This document shows positions 49,801 to 61,075 of a stretch of DNA of 64,000 bases, one piece after another. The position numbers and the translations under genes were made by a program. The DNA lies in NCBI RefSeq assembly GCF_040938485.1, contig NW_027271121.1:186001-250000 (forward strand). The letters are read 5' to 3'. Every line of letters begins with the position of its first letter. Positions within the stretch are counted from its first letter, which is position 1. The notes under the pieces were generated by a model. That model saw nothing but the letters and a program-made list of their open reading frames with translations, was not told the origin of the DNA and searched no databases. This DNA comes from Diadema antillarum (taxonomy: Eukaryota).

Positions 49801-52288
49801 TGTACATTTAAAATTTTCAGTTCTTGGCCTTCCAAGCTATTGCTCTTTCCCCAAAGAGAACATTTTCTTTTTGATGCAGCTTTCACAGATTACAAGGGAG
49901 GGAATCTCGTATGGGTAAAACATTTACCTTTGAAAAGCTTTAACATGAATGAAGTAAAGCATAAATAAATTATTATTGCATAGGAAAGAATTACATTACT
50001 GTAAAAGTGGAAATTTTCGCGCATTTCGCGCAACCCAAAACTAGCGCAAAAATAGAAGTACGCGAATATTTTTGCTTACCATATGTTCCAGTAGTTGATG
50101 TCTTCATTCTGCAGAATTAGAAACACGCGAAACTCCTCTTACCCCGCCAAGCACGAAAAATTAGTTGCGCGAAAATATCCACTTTTACAGTATACTTCAC
50201 TTGTGTCATTGGCCTTTCTAGCAAGAACAATGCGAAATGAACAACAAACGTAGAATGAAAACAAAAACTACACTCAGAGCATTGCACATATTATGTAGTT
50301 TTATAGTAAACTTTCATTATGCATGAAATGCCCCCATAATTACTACTTTTACAATGTGTCCTTTCCACAGCTGACTTTTCTGTTAACTTGGACATCCTGG
50401 ATGAGACAGACTCACTAAATGACGGCTCGACGGTGTCTCGTGAAATGACGCTCGCCAACAAGAGTCTTCGCTTCCAGCCCACCAATGTAGAGGGGGCACA
50501 GGCAGTGGAGGTAAATAATATTGCTCACCACTTCGCTTTCGTTGTAAAAAGTTTTGAGAAGTTACTTCACATCGAAGTTGACATTGTCAGTGGGAGCAAA
50601 ACTGAGTTGGTCTGTGTGTCGGAGGTACACATAATCTGGCTGGACAAATTTAAAGTGGGGATTTAGTGTTGCTTTGTACCTCAGCTAATCAATAGGCTAA
50701 TATACAAATGGGAAGACATCTTTTGAGATATACCTGTATGCAAACATTGCTTCATTTCTCTGAAAGTGAAATTGTCAGTCATAGTTCATGTGATGAACAA
50801 TTTTGATTTTGTTCTTGTAAGTTATCAAATCTTATTGTAACATAATTCTCTTCAGTGTATCAATTTAGAACTTGAAGAGTATGTCCCTATTGGTTAGCTT
50901 GCATAACTGAGTTTTTCTTTTTCTTCAGTGACATTTATTACCAGCAAAAATAGTACAAATAACAATCGATCAATTTGAAAATGCTGTTGTGCTCTTCTGT
51001 GGAAACACTGAAACATTTTCTGGACTATAATCCTACAGTGTGTTGTGCTGTGATGTTGAAATGTGAAGTGAAGTATCACTCAGTTGTGTAATACCTTTGC
51101 ATGCCTTTCATTCCTGTCAGTCCCATCAAATAGGACCTGGTCCCGACTTCGAACGGGTCCTGTTCAATATCAAGGGGCGGAGTCCACTGGTAGCCCACTA
51201 CCTTCACATGAGGCAGCTCGCTGGCAACAAGAACGTGGGCAGACACGTCCGTAGGACTGAGATTGAGAAACTTCCGTATCCTTTTGACACACAAGTAGTC
51301 CCACTGTTGAACCAAAAGAGCAGAAGCACTGTACAAACTGCCTTTTGATTCTGAAGTGATTCTATAACAGTCAGTTGAGAGCAACAAAAGCATTAGTGAT
51401 GTGCTAGATCTATGTACCAGTACCATGTATATAACTGCCTTCTGGTTTTCAGCTGTGATATCTGGGGCCCCCTTTCATGCACTTCCACAGAAATGTAACA
51501 TTGTAACCTTGAAGTGTACAACCTGTAGGTCTGTAGCAACAACTAGATAATAACCAATAAGCTCTGAGGATTTGCTGTTGCTATGGAAACTACAGCTATT
51601 GTATTTTACAGTGATAGCTGTAGTGTGTTTTGTTGCTGTCTTTCTTGCTTTAATGAAATTAGGCCCTTGTCAGTGTTTTGATAGTAACAGCTTCAAGAAC
51701 AAGCAACAATGTAACAAGTGTTGAGGTGTGCATTATAAAGGAAGCCACATTTTACACTGAAATGAATGTTTGTGTGTTTTGTAACTCCAAGGTAATGATA
51801 GTTACTAAAGTAACTCAGGGTCAGAATATGTGGAAGTAGTATTATCCACCAGTTAGAAGAAAATCAAGGAAGATTGCTCTGAAGGATATTACTCATTGCT
51901 GAAACTTCACCAATTCAATTCAATTCAGTTCAAACTTTATTTTCACTTTTTTTTTTCAACAGAATGTATTGAGAAATATGTAAAACTTGACATGCTCTTT
52001 ATCAAATAATGCATGGCCGGCGGAAGTGGGGGCCAGGGGGCTTGGGCCCCCTCACTTTTTGTGCACCATACAAAGGAATACATAAGGTGTCATCACTTTG
52101 GGCCCCCCCCCCTCCACTTTTTTTAACCCAGAAGTGCGTAAGTGGTACTAAAAAGAAAAAGATAGAGATTTTGAAGTAAGGTTATGTTTTTGCACTGAAG
52201 ACCGTTTTGTTTTTTTGTTTTGTTTTGGTTTTTTTGCTTGTCAGCTGAAGAAACCCGGAAGTGGAAGGAGAAAGATGAGCTGAGGACC

Positions 52289-52324
<36 letters not shown>

Positions 52325-55300
52325 TTGCTTGTTAGCTCATGAAACCCGGAAGTGGGGCCCTAACTTTTGAAAACGCTCCGCCGGCCCTGTGATACACAGG
52401 CAGCAAAGAATTACTATGTGATTTATTAGTACTATGTGTATGGTCAGAACAAGAAGAGGCAGTATAAAAAGGTACAAAACCTATTTATATATATGTTTTG
52501 CAAAAAACAAGAAGAAAAATTGTGAACAGGTAAAAACTTTTAAAGCAATTTATATATCATGACCATGAAGTCTGTGCTGGATTTTACAGTGGTAAATAGT
52601 ACAGGTGTATGCATGACCCTTGACCTATGGCCAGTCCTCCAGCTCCAACTTACCGTGAGGTCATCAAAGACTCCAACCGCATGGCCAAAGCCCTCAGCAC
52701 GGAGTACCAGAAGTGAGTGAATCAGTGGATAGATAGATAGATAGATAGATAGATGGGTGGATGGATAGAAAAATAGATAGATAGTTAGATACATTGTAGA
52801 AAGATAGGTAGATAGATAGATAGATTGATAGATATAGGTAGATAGATAGATAAGATAAGATAAGATATATACAGTACTGTAGATTTAAAAAAAAACCTCA
52901 AATAGATGAATGGATGGATGAATGGATGAAAAGGTCTGTGGATGAATACATATATAAATGAATAGGTAGATATAAAGCTAGAGAGATAGATAGATAGATA
53001 GATAGTAATCATACAGCTGTAGACAGACAGATGTACATATAAACAGATACACTGATATTTGTGTGGATAGATCAAATTGAATGTAATAATTGTATGTGCA
53101 TTAAGAAATAGAAAGCCAAGAAAATCACATGGAATCATTCTACAGATGATTCTTTGATTTAAAGAGACGGTCTTATTTTTTGCTTTATATTCTAAGTTCT
53201 TCTTCACAGTTCATCAGTCACAGCTGTGATTAACACGTTGAGGACGAGTACCGAGTATACTCGGCCAAGTGTCTATGGGAAATGCGTGTTGTAGCCAAAT
53301 TCCCCAGTCCTCAATGAGGTTAAAAGGAATTCATATACTTTTTGTTTCCTACTGAGCATATAAGGCATTAATGCAAATGAGTTTTGGCAATGCCCACGTG
53401 ACATGCACAATCATTCAATGTTGTGTACAGAGACAGATGTTAACAACCTAAGTATGAATGTCTATCCCAACTTTAAGTTTATCATCCTCTGTAAACAGTG
53501 AGAGATTTTGATGGATCTGTATCATTAAAATCATTCATTATCTGTTGCATACATCTGTGAAGATATAAGACATGGAAAGAAAAGATGTTACATAGTTGTG
53601 CCTCTACAATGATTGTTATTTCAAGTATCAAAACATAACATACAAAAAATCTCTTAAGAAAGGGAGAAGTTGCATCAAAGTTTGTCATGTGATGTCCGTC
53701 TTCTCTTTCCCACCACGATCCTTTCAGGATCAGCGATATCCTGAGCAAGGAGCTCGCCGCCATTGAGAAGCAGCGGGCCCAGCAGACCAGGGAGATAGAG
53801 GCGTTGAAATCACAAATCCTGCAGAGATCCTTTGACACCAAGATCCTCAGCGAGAAGATCCTAGACTTCAGGGTAAGGGGTAGTCACCAGCTCCACTGTC
53901 AACAGTGCCAGTCATGTCTGATGGAAATGCCTCTTTCAGAACTGGTGGAGGGGGGAGGGGGAAGGGGTTAATATGTAATTTGCCCCTCCCCACATTCCTC
54001 CAAAGATTTCAAACCTGATACCAATGACAGGGAAATCCCATTATACCAAAGTCTTTGCGACCACAGATTTTACCTCACTGTAAACATATTACTTTAAAAA
54101 AAAGACACTGACTAAATACAGAAAAGGAAAATCATACCGCTAAAAGCAGCACCATGTCAAAAGCAAACTGTTTACAATGTTTGCTCCCCATACATATCTG
54201 CTTCGCTGTGTTTGGTTGCATTATTCAAATTAATGATTTGTTGTAGGGCATGATAGCAGTTACTGTGAAAGAAAGCTGATGGATGGGGAAGATGTGTCAT
54301 GGTGTTGAATTGAATTAACATTTTAAAACTCCGTCAGCAACATAATGTAAATGGTACACTGAAATAATGGTTGTTAAAGGGTTAAAATGCTTCAGGGATG
54401 ATGATTAAATGGTCCCTTTATAAATATTTGCTGCTCTTGTTTTGGTATGAAACAAATTTGACCGTGAAAGTAAAATTCACAAAAGATGTTTTTTATATTG
54501 CCTAGAGCTGTGCCGTAGATTTGGAATTCACTCGGTGCAGAAAATGTTGAAGTGTTTGCTAGATACATTGCAACCCTTATTCACGACTAGAGATCTTTTA
54601 AGGTTGGGGAGGGGTAGTGTGAAGGTCATACCAGGTGTGTACAGTGCGGCATAGCTCTAGGAAGAGCTGTATATGTAGAGAGAAATTTGCAAGGCAGAAT
54701 TGACTTGTATCTCTGTATGATAATGATTAATCACGTACAAGTATATTAAAAGTGCTATATCTCGTTACAAACTACTTGGAGTGCTTGCTGCTCTCTCCAG
54801 GATAATATGAAAGAAAATAGAAAATAGAAAAAAATCTTAATTAAAAAAAAGGTACAAAAAAATAGTACAATACAATACAGTGCCATGCCATACAAGGCAA
54901 TACAATACAATGACAATGCTTAAGAAGAAATGAAGAAATGACTAAATATATGTACATGTACACATATTGGGTGTAGGGCAGTGTTTGATCTGTGGGCAAA
55001 TGATTAAAGGGATTAATCAAGGGGGAAAAGTCTGTAAATTGTTCGTACTGTAGTAGTCAGAATGCTTGTAATTTTTATTGTTCCCTTTTTTTCGGAGGTG
55101 GTGGGGGGGGGGGATGGGTGGAAGGCATGGGCATCATTTATTGTTGTTTTACTGGAATGTGCTGACTTCCTTTGCCTGTAGGAGAGTGGTAACAAGAGTT
55201 TCCAGAACATTCTGGATATATCCGAGTATACAGCAGTCGGAAAGGTAAAACTGAATGTCAGGGGTTAGGTCCCCTTTCGGTTCTTGGCATGCCTAATCAA

Positions 55301-58300
55301 ATTTTTGTTACCTTGCACCCTAACAGCATGACTTCATTCTCTCTTGTCCTAATTAAGATGAGACTGAGATTCTTGAGCAACATCAAAAGAATTATGAAGT
55401 TGCTCCACGCATGTTGATTCAGTTGTTTGTATGTTGGTATGTTGGTATTTTTTTAAAAATGTCTTTGTATTTTTTTTTTCCTTGCTGGATTTACCTGAGA
55501 AGGTGGCATCAATGACCGACTAATACTAGATTGCATGCCGATTATTCTTTGCACATGGTCATGTAGGATACTAGCACAATTCAATTCAATTTGATTCGCA
55601 GGCCCAGTTCAATTTCTTGTGATTTTTCAATGTACTTTGGGGGAATAGAGCAATGGCATCTATAATGGGAACGTAAGAACAAGGTTCACTGTCTGCAAGA
55701 TTCCAGGAAGGTGCCTACCAGAATGCGATGCAAGAGTTGTTACAAAAATATAACAGAAAACAGAACTTTTGTTTAATGATCTCAATCTTTTCTTCATGCT
55801 AGGTTAGTTTTTCAGTTGTTTTGTGATATATGTTTAACAGTTTTTTTTCCTGGATTTAATTTGTCTTTAATATATGAAGCAGATTGTTGGAGGATGATTC
55901 AGACTCTCTCATGAAGTCATCCTAAAAACTGAAAAAAAAGGGAAAAAAAAACAAAAACACCAGTTTTCTGTAATATTCAACTGGCATTTTCCTGTGCCAG
56001 TATCAAACTAGAGAAGCACTCGTAGAGCGCAGACCTCCGCCAAGCAGCTCATTTCCACCACTGATTTTTTTTCTTCCATGGGGATCAGGGATCCACAGAT
56101 CCACAGGGATTTCCACCCATACGTAGGCATGCTGAAAGTCGCCCGATTTCCCTGAACAGATTAGATTTTGTTACATCATCAACCTCCAGCTGCGCGACGT
56201 GCCTCGCCCCAGCAGAAACTAGAGCGCGAGCATGCACTTTAGTGTGCGTATGCAAACCTAAAAAAAATGGGCAGCTTGAACTCTCAAGTTCATTGACCCT
56301 ATCTGCCAAAATATTGAAAATCCATCATAAAATCTACAAAAATTATTGTATCACTACCCAAATTTAATCATCTGTTCCTTGTGTCATTCTCAACCTTTCC
56401 TGTAAGTTTTATCTAAATCCGTCGACTACTTTTTAGTAATTTTGCATATATGGAGAAACATAACCTCCCCCTTGGCAGAGGTAATGAACACGACTTAAAG
56501 GGGAAGGCTAGTAACTAATCAGTGGGAATCAGTGGAAATGCTGGGAGATGATTGTTCCAATCCTTATGGGATTCATTCAAGAGTTCATTGTATATCTATT
56601 GTTGTGTGAAAATGATTTGCTTCAGAATGGTCTCATATTCAAGTAATGTGCAGTTTAACCCGTTGAGGACGGGCTGATTTTGCTACAACACGCATTTCCC
56701 ATAGACACATGCCCGAGTATACTCGGGACTCGTCTTCAACGGGTTAATGCTTCCAGGTTAGTGTCCCTGGTCAGTGACGGAGCATTGTAATCTGCACATT
56801 ACTTGAGTATGAGACCGTTCTGAAGCAAATCATTTTCACACAACAATAGATATACAATGAACTCTTGAGTGAATCCCATAAGGATTGGAACAATCATCTC
56901 CCAGCTTTTCCACTGATTCCCACTGATCAGTTACTAGCCTTCCCCTTTAATAACACTCAGAATGCACATGCATGCCCTGACAATGTTCTTTGATTTTAGA
57001 AACTAATCAATGAGATTCACTGACTTCTCTTTCTTAACCTGTTGAGGACAGACTGATTTTGCTACAACACACACTTCCCATAGACACCTGCCCGAGTATA
57101 CTCGGGACTCGTCCTCTATGGGTTAATACACCATCTCACGAGAGATGGTGTATTTGAATGAGTTGAATAGCCAGACATTTGATAATACACAGTTACACAA
57201 ATTCTGTTTGACGAACTTTGATGTACAACATACATGTACATGGTGGTTGAGGGCTGATAATGCCAAGAGCAATAATCTGCAAATTTGACACACTTTTTTT
57301 TTCTTCCAAACTGACTTGATCGTCCTGAGGTTTTCTATGGATTACTAGTATTGCTAGTTTGTCATTGGCATTTCATTTTCTCAAAGCCGATAGAGCAATA
57401 GTTAATTGGTCTCTACCCAGAATAGTTTGCATATATTTGCTGTGAGCAGTGAACATCATTGTTCATTCTACGTGCTACATGTATCAAAATGACGGCAAAA
57501 AAAAAACCTGTGATGAAGTAGTGGGAAATAATGTTTTGCATATTAAATCAAAGTGGCGTAATATTCTATGATGTGTATGTAGATGGTGCTGCTTAGATTT
57601 GTACCATGATTGTGACTGTACAGCAGCATATAACTTGTGTCAGTATAAATTTTCCAGAGGGGATGTCTCTACATTCTCAAGTCTCCTGCAAAGACAAAGT
57701 GATGTGTCACTGCATCAACAAATGCATGTAGACAGGACTGTATGTGAATTTCAGAATTTTGTACCAAGCGACTTTAATGCTCGTTTGTGAAACTAATTTC
57801 TCTTATTGGTGGTAAAAGGATGCAGCTCTCCTCTGGGAAGATGCATTTGATTTCTCTTTCAATGATTGGAGACCATTAGAGGGATTCTGTGGTTGTGGCT
57901 GTGGTTTGTTAAACATGCATGGATTTCCGGGATTTGTCATTCTTATTTTTGTCTTTACAGTCTTGAGTTTTTTTGCAACTGATTGACAAATTGCCCTACA
58001 TCGACGTAAATAAGCACTGAATTGATCAGTGTTCTAGTAGTAGCCATGATAAAAAAATCATGGGCGTACATACTCGAGCAGGATTTTTATCATGGCTATT
58101 ACTAAAACACTGATCAATTCAGTGCTTATTTACGTCGATGTAGGGCAATTTGTCAATCAGTTGCAAAGAAAACATCTCGACGGAAGAATTTCATGAATTT
58201 GAATAGTCTTGAGTTTGTTGTCGTTTTTGTTTTGTTCAAGTATGGCAGTTCATTGCAGTAATGCTTCAGTGCATTGAATTCAGCTCAGTCTGTTGCGAAA

Positions 58301-59312
58301 GCTCGTAGATTGTGATGTAAAAACCAAACCAAACCAAAAAACACTCGAGGAAAACCAACATGTGAACTTCAGAACAAAGGTCAGGGGGTCAGTGCCGTGT
58401 CGGCAGTGATGTAGACCTCTGCTGGTCTTGCATTGTAGACTCTGTGTCTAATGTCTCATACTATTCAAGAATTTGTCTTAGTTTGATTATTTTTACAGGG
58501 GCAGTAATGTTGTTTCCATGTTTAACACGATTAAGTCATTTAAATGCTGCCATTTTCCACTGCACATTCAGTCATTCTACAATTCTTAAATCATTCATAA
58601 TCCACTCTTTTTTAGATATAATTCTTCAGCCTTTAATTCTTGTGAATTACTTTTAAAAAGAATTGAATATGAAGCAAAGCAAGACATAGCTGGAGTATTA
58701 CTGGACAGTTCAAACTTTATTATCTGCATGTATAAGTAACTTCCCCATGTAAACAGTGGACAGAGCACTGTAGAGCATCAGGTACCTGCTTCCTTCATAG
58801 ATTGACTAGCGAGGTCTTGCAAGCAGGTTCTTGGCAGGTCAAAAAAAAAAATGTTCTAGCATACACAGCTCTGGAATTAGGTGGTATCGAAGTACCTGGT
58901 ACTTAAGATGTAAGCGAGTTGAGCAATACAGTACATGAATTGTCACCCTCATTTCTGTCTGTTAATGACTTGGATGATTTACATACCATTCTCACAGATA
59001 ATGGGGTAGACAAAACAAAAACAAAACAAAAACAGAAACATGTAGGTGGTCAGTGCTCAGCTACAGTCACTTCTAGGTGCCTAACTTTTCAAAAAATAAA
59101 AAATTAATAAATGAATTAAAAAAAATCCCCTAATCTAATGGAATGCTTTATTTGCTTTTATTGGAGGACTGTATTAACCAGTGGGCATCAGAGCAGAAAA
59201 CTCTGGAAACGAATACAACTTATTTCATCTCAAGTTTACTCACAAATATGTTTGAAATCTTTGTATTCTATCTTTACAGGGCAAGGAAGGGATTCTGACT
59301 TTGATGAAACAG
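46704..59312 (+). CDS. FAM227B: FAM227B-like protein, partial (about 326 aa over 8 exons: 46704-46808, 47590-47716, 49403-49534, 50371-50510, 51121-51275, 52635-52712, 53728-53872, 55182-55244, plus a 33-nt exon 59280-59312)
   Basis: All phases consistent. LFNRVADSFVALF...KDKFFAVYADCLAQALFAAYWEAF, GPDFERVLFNIKGRSPLVAHYL and PAPTYREVIK match FAM227B motifs as recalled. No start codon or FWWh exon was found upstream. Confidence 0.88.
47590..47716 (+). CDS. FAM227B: FAM227B-like exon (VYADCLAQALFAAYWEAF...SELIA)
   Basis: YxDCLAQA motif; phase 0-1. Confidence 0.9.
48182..48914. mobile_element. Long foldback element with about 360-bp imperfect arms
   Basis: The right half is the reverse complement of the left, e.g. 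GTGTCCTGTAGCA / TGCTACAGGACAC and TTTCCTGGAAATTTTGTGCCATTCAGAC / GTCTGAATGGCACAAAATTTCCAGGAAA. Confidence 0.8.
49403..49534 (+). CDS. FAM227B: FAM227B-like exon (GVKPKPLSWKHW...QINKD)
   Basis: GxKP...WxHW motif; GTGAGC donor; phase 1-1. Confidence 0.88.
49999..50190. mobile_element. Tc1/mariner-like MITE
   Basis: TIR CTGTAAAAGTGGA / TCCACTTTTACAG; TA TSD. Confidence 0.8.
50371..50510 (+). CDS. FAM227B: FAM227B-like exon (ADFSVNLDIL...AQAVE)
   Basis: CAG acceptor, GAG|GTAAAT donor; phase 1-0. Confidence 0.85.
51121..51275 (+). CDS. FAM227B: FAM227B-like exon (SHQIGPGPDFERVLFN...EIEKLP)
   Basis: GPxFxRVLFN motif; phase 0-2. Confidence 0.88.
51577..51590. promoter_or_regulatory. Intronic RFX X-box GTTGCTATGGAAAC
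   Basis: Full consensus match inside a FAM227-like intron. Confidence 0.4.
52012..52389. mobile_element. hAT-like MITE
   Basis: TIR CATGGCCGGCGGA / TCCGCCGGCCCTG; sub-terminal GGGCCCC and CCGGAAGTGG repeats; no clear TSD. Confidence 0.6.
52635..52712 (+). CDS. FAM227B: FAM227B-like exon (PPAPTYREVIKDSNRMAKALSTEYQ)
   Basis: PAPTYRxVIK motif; GTGAGT donor; phase 2-2. Confidence 0.87.
52728..53005. repeat. Imperfect (GATA)n/(GGAT)n microsatellite
   Basis: Read directly; begins about 15 nt after the 52712 donor. Confidence 0.9.
53234..53319. mobile_element. piggyBac-like micro-MITE, about 85 bp (inverted relative to the other two copies)
   Basis: TTAA flanks; CCGAGTATACTCGG palindrome; homologous to 56659-56743. 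Confidence 0.75.
53728..53872 (+). CDS. FAM227B: FAM227B-like exon, coiled coil (ISDILSKELAAIEKQR...ILDFR)
   Basis: CAG acceptor, AGG|GTAAGG donor; phase 2-0. Confidence 0.85.
55182..55244 (+). CDS. FAM227B: FAM227B-like exon (ESGNKSFQNILDISEYTAVGK)
   Basis: TAG acceptor, AAG|GTAAAA donor; phase 0-0; open frame. No homology support. Confidence 0.65.
56006..56484. mobile_element. Non-autonomous Helentron-type (HINE/DINE-like) element, copy 2
   Basis: AACTAGA start, ACCTCCGCCAAG / CTTGGCAGAGGT sub-terminal inverted repeat; homologous to 8871-9378. Confidence 0.7.
56499..56946. mobile_element. Kolobok-like foldback MITE with about 160-bp near-perfect arms and a nested micro-MITE
   Basis: AGGGGAAGGCTAGTAACT...AGTTACTAGCCTTCCCCT; TTAA TSD. 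Confidence 0.85.
56659..56743. mobile_element. piggyBac-like micro-MITE, 85 bp, nested
   Basis: TTAA|CCCGTTGAGGACG ... CGTCTTCAACGGG|TTAA; internal 16-bp palindrome CCCGAGTATACTCGGG. Confidence 0.8.
57038..57122. mobile_element. piggyBac-like micro-MITE, 85 bp
   Basis: TTAA flanks; same interior and palindrome as 56659-56743. Confidence 0.8.
57973..58166. mobile_element. Foldback family B copy with about 80-bp near-perfect arms
   Basis: TTGCAACTGATTGACAAATTGCCCTACATCGACGTAAATAAGCACTGAATTGATCAGTGTT and its reverse complement; the centre retains the 3' end of the tRNA-like head. Confidence 0.8.
59280..59312 (+). CDS. FAM227B: FAM227B-like micro-exon (GKEGILTLMKQ)
   Basis: Consensus acceptor TCTTTACAG and donor CAG|GTAAGT; 33 nt, phase 0-0. 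No homology support. Confidence 0.6.
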
Positions 59313-59402
59313 GTAAGTGATGTGAGGCCCTCATTTTCACATTGTCCTCTGTTTACTGAGAGCAATACTGTATAATCACTTTTAAGACACAAACGCAGTC
59401 AT

Positions 59403-59646
59403 TACAACTGATTGACAAATTGCCTTATATTGATGTAAATGCCCACCAGTTATTCCGTGCCATTGAGAAAAAGCAATTGTAAAAATCATGGGATGATGTA
59501 TTGGGATGGGAACACTGAGAAAAAAGAAAAAAGCATTGACTGTTTAGTGTGTCTGTATGTTGATGAAGGGCAAATTTGTTAATCTAGAAAGGTGGGAAGA
59601 GATCTCTTCCCACCTCTTCCCACCTCCCTGGTTAATCGGTTGCAAT
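59403..59646. mobile_element. Foldback family B, diverged copy with a 46-bp insertion
   Basis: Family B termini; insertion at 59585-59630. Confidence 0.6.
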
Positions 59647-59719
59647 AAAAAACAACTCAATGCAAGAGTCATACTTGTGAACACCAAGCCATCACTCCAA
59701 TAACTCAACATGTCCTATT

Positions 59720-60590
59720 TTTATCTCTGTGTGTGCTTACTGCTGTGTGTTGGAGCTTTCAGAGTACTAGTGAAGAGTGAGATCACGCAGTAAACATTTG
59801 TGTAATCTCCCTGTGTGCCCTTTCCTTGTGTGTTAAGAGCATTCAAAGTAAATTAAAAGTATTTAAAGAACACACTAGATATTGCAACTGATTGACAAAT
59901 TACCCTTCATCGATATCTTGACAGAAGAATTTCATGAATTTGAATACATTGTAATTACGCAGTACCTGCTGCATTGCTATAAGAAGTAGAACCAACACTT
60001 GCTATTTGGCGGAAGCTCGATGGTGTCGTGGAGATGACGCCTGTCGGGAGATCAGGAGGTCGTAGTTTGAATCCTGCTTGAGTACGTATGCCCGTGATTT
60101 CTTTTATCATGGCTATTACTAAAACACAGATCAATTCAGTGCTTTTAATACGTCAATGTAGGGCAATCTGTCAATCAGTTGCAATTAAAACATCTCGACG
60201 GAAGAATTTCATGAATTTGAACACTCTAGATATTTGTTTTGATTTCATTCCTACACTGTACATGAGCTTTTTGTTTGTTAGAGCATTCATCATATAAGTG
60301 TAGAGTAACAACACACTCCAGATATTTGTTTTGATTTAATTCCTACATATACTTTTTGTGTGTTAGAGCATTTAACATATTCAAGTTCAGAGCGAGAACA
60401 TAGTCTGAGACATTTCGTTTGACTTCATCCTTATCTGCACTCCCTGTGTACGAGTGTCCAGAGCAAGTTAACAATGAGAACACACTGTAGACATATATAT
60501 ATTTTTAAATTCATTCCTCTGAGTGTTTCCTGTGTGTTAGAGCATTCTAAGTAAATTATGAGTGCCTGGTAAGAACACATCCTCTTAGAC
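59720..60590. repeat. Degenerate minisatellite with a unit of about 90 bp, interrupted by a family B element
   Basis: Recurring ACAC(T)CTAGATATTTGTTTTGATTTCATTCCT...GTGTTAGAGCATT...AGAACA units. Confidence 0.65.
59881..60185. mobile_element. Foldback family B copy with tRNA-like segment (60014-60084, + strand)
   Basis: Short left terminus, tRNA-like cloverleaf with A and B boxes, full right arm. Confidence 0.7.
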
Positions 60591-60595
60591 ATTAA

Positions 60596-61018
60596 AGGGG
60601 TGGTATACAGTAGTATTGGTGGAGATGGGGCATGAAAGGGATGGTATAGTATTGATGGAGATGAGGACTGGGCTTTTAACTTTTTGTGAGATACCAAGAA
60701 ACCACTTGTGAAATAATAAAAAGCATACCATTCCACAAGGAAATCAAAGTTTATAAGATGCAAATCAGTTTTGGAATGGCCGAGACATCAAACACCAAAT
60801 AAAACAAAGCAATCCCACTAAAAGATGAGTCTCACCTTTTATTAGGATTGCTCTGTTTTGGATATCTCAGCCATTTCAAAACCGATCTTTATCAAATAAA
60901 TGTTGAATCCCTCTTGGAATTACATGCTCTTTCAGATTTCATAAGAGGTTTCTCATGATCTCACCAATAGAATATTAGAAACCTGAAGTTAGGTCTCAAC
61001 CAAAACTATAGGATTCCT
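60596..61018. mobile_element. Kolobok-like TTAA MITE, family A, with a duplicated 5' terminus
   Basis: Family A interior; the terminal about 40 bp occurs twice; TTAA flanks. Confidence 0.8.
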
Positions 61019-61075
61019 TTAATTTGTATTCCAATCCAATCTGCACTTCCAGCTTGTTCGTGTTCAGTATATTAA

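Noticed and set aside
52785-53207. 140-aa ORF
   Set aside because: Translation of the (GATA)n repeat
60014-60084. Functional tRNA gene
   Set aside because: The anticodon loop and T-loop are degenerate and the unit is fused to a repeat; treated as tRNA-derived repeat sequence
60165-60178. 13-nt complement to SSU rRNA (CAATCTGTCAATC)
   Set aside because: Lies in a repeat arm where other copies read CAATTTGTCAATC; no C/D boxes; chance
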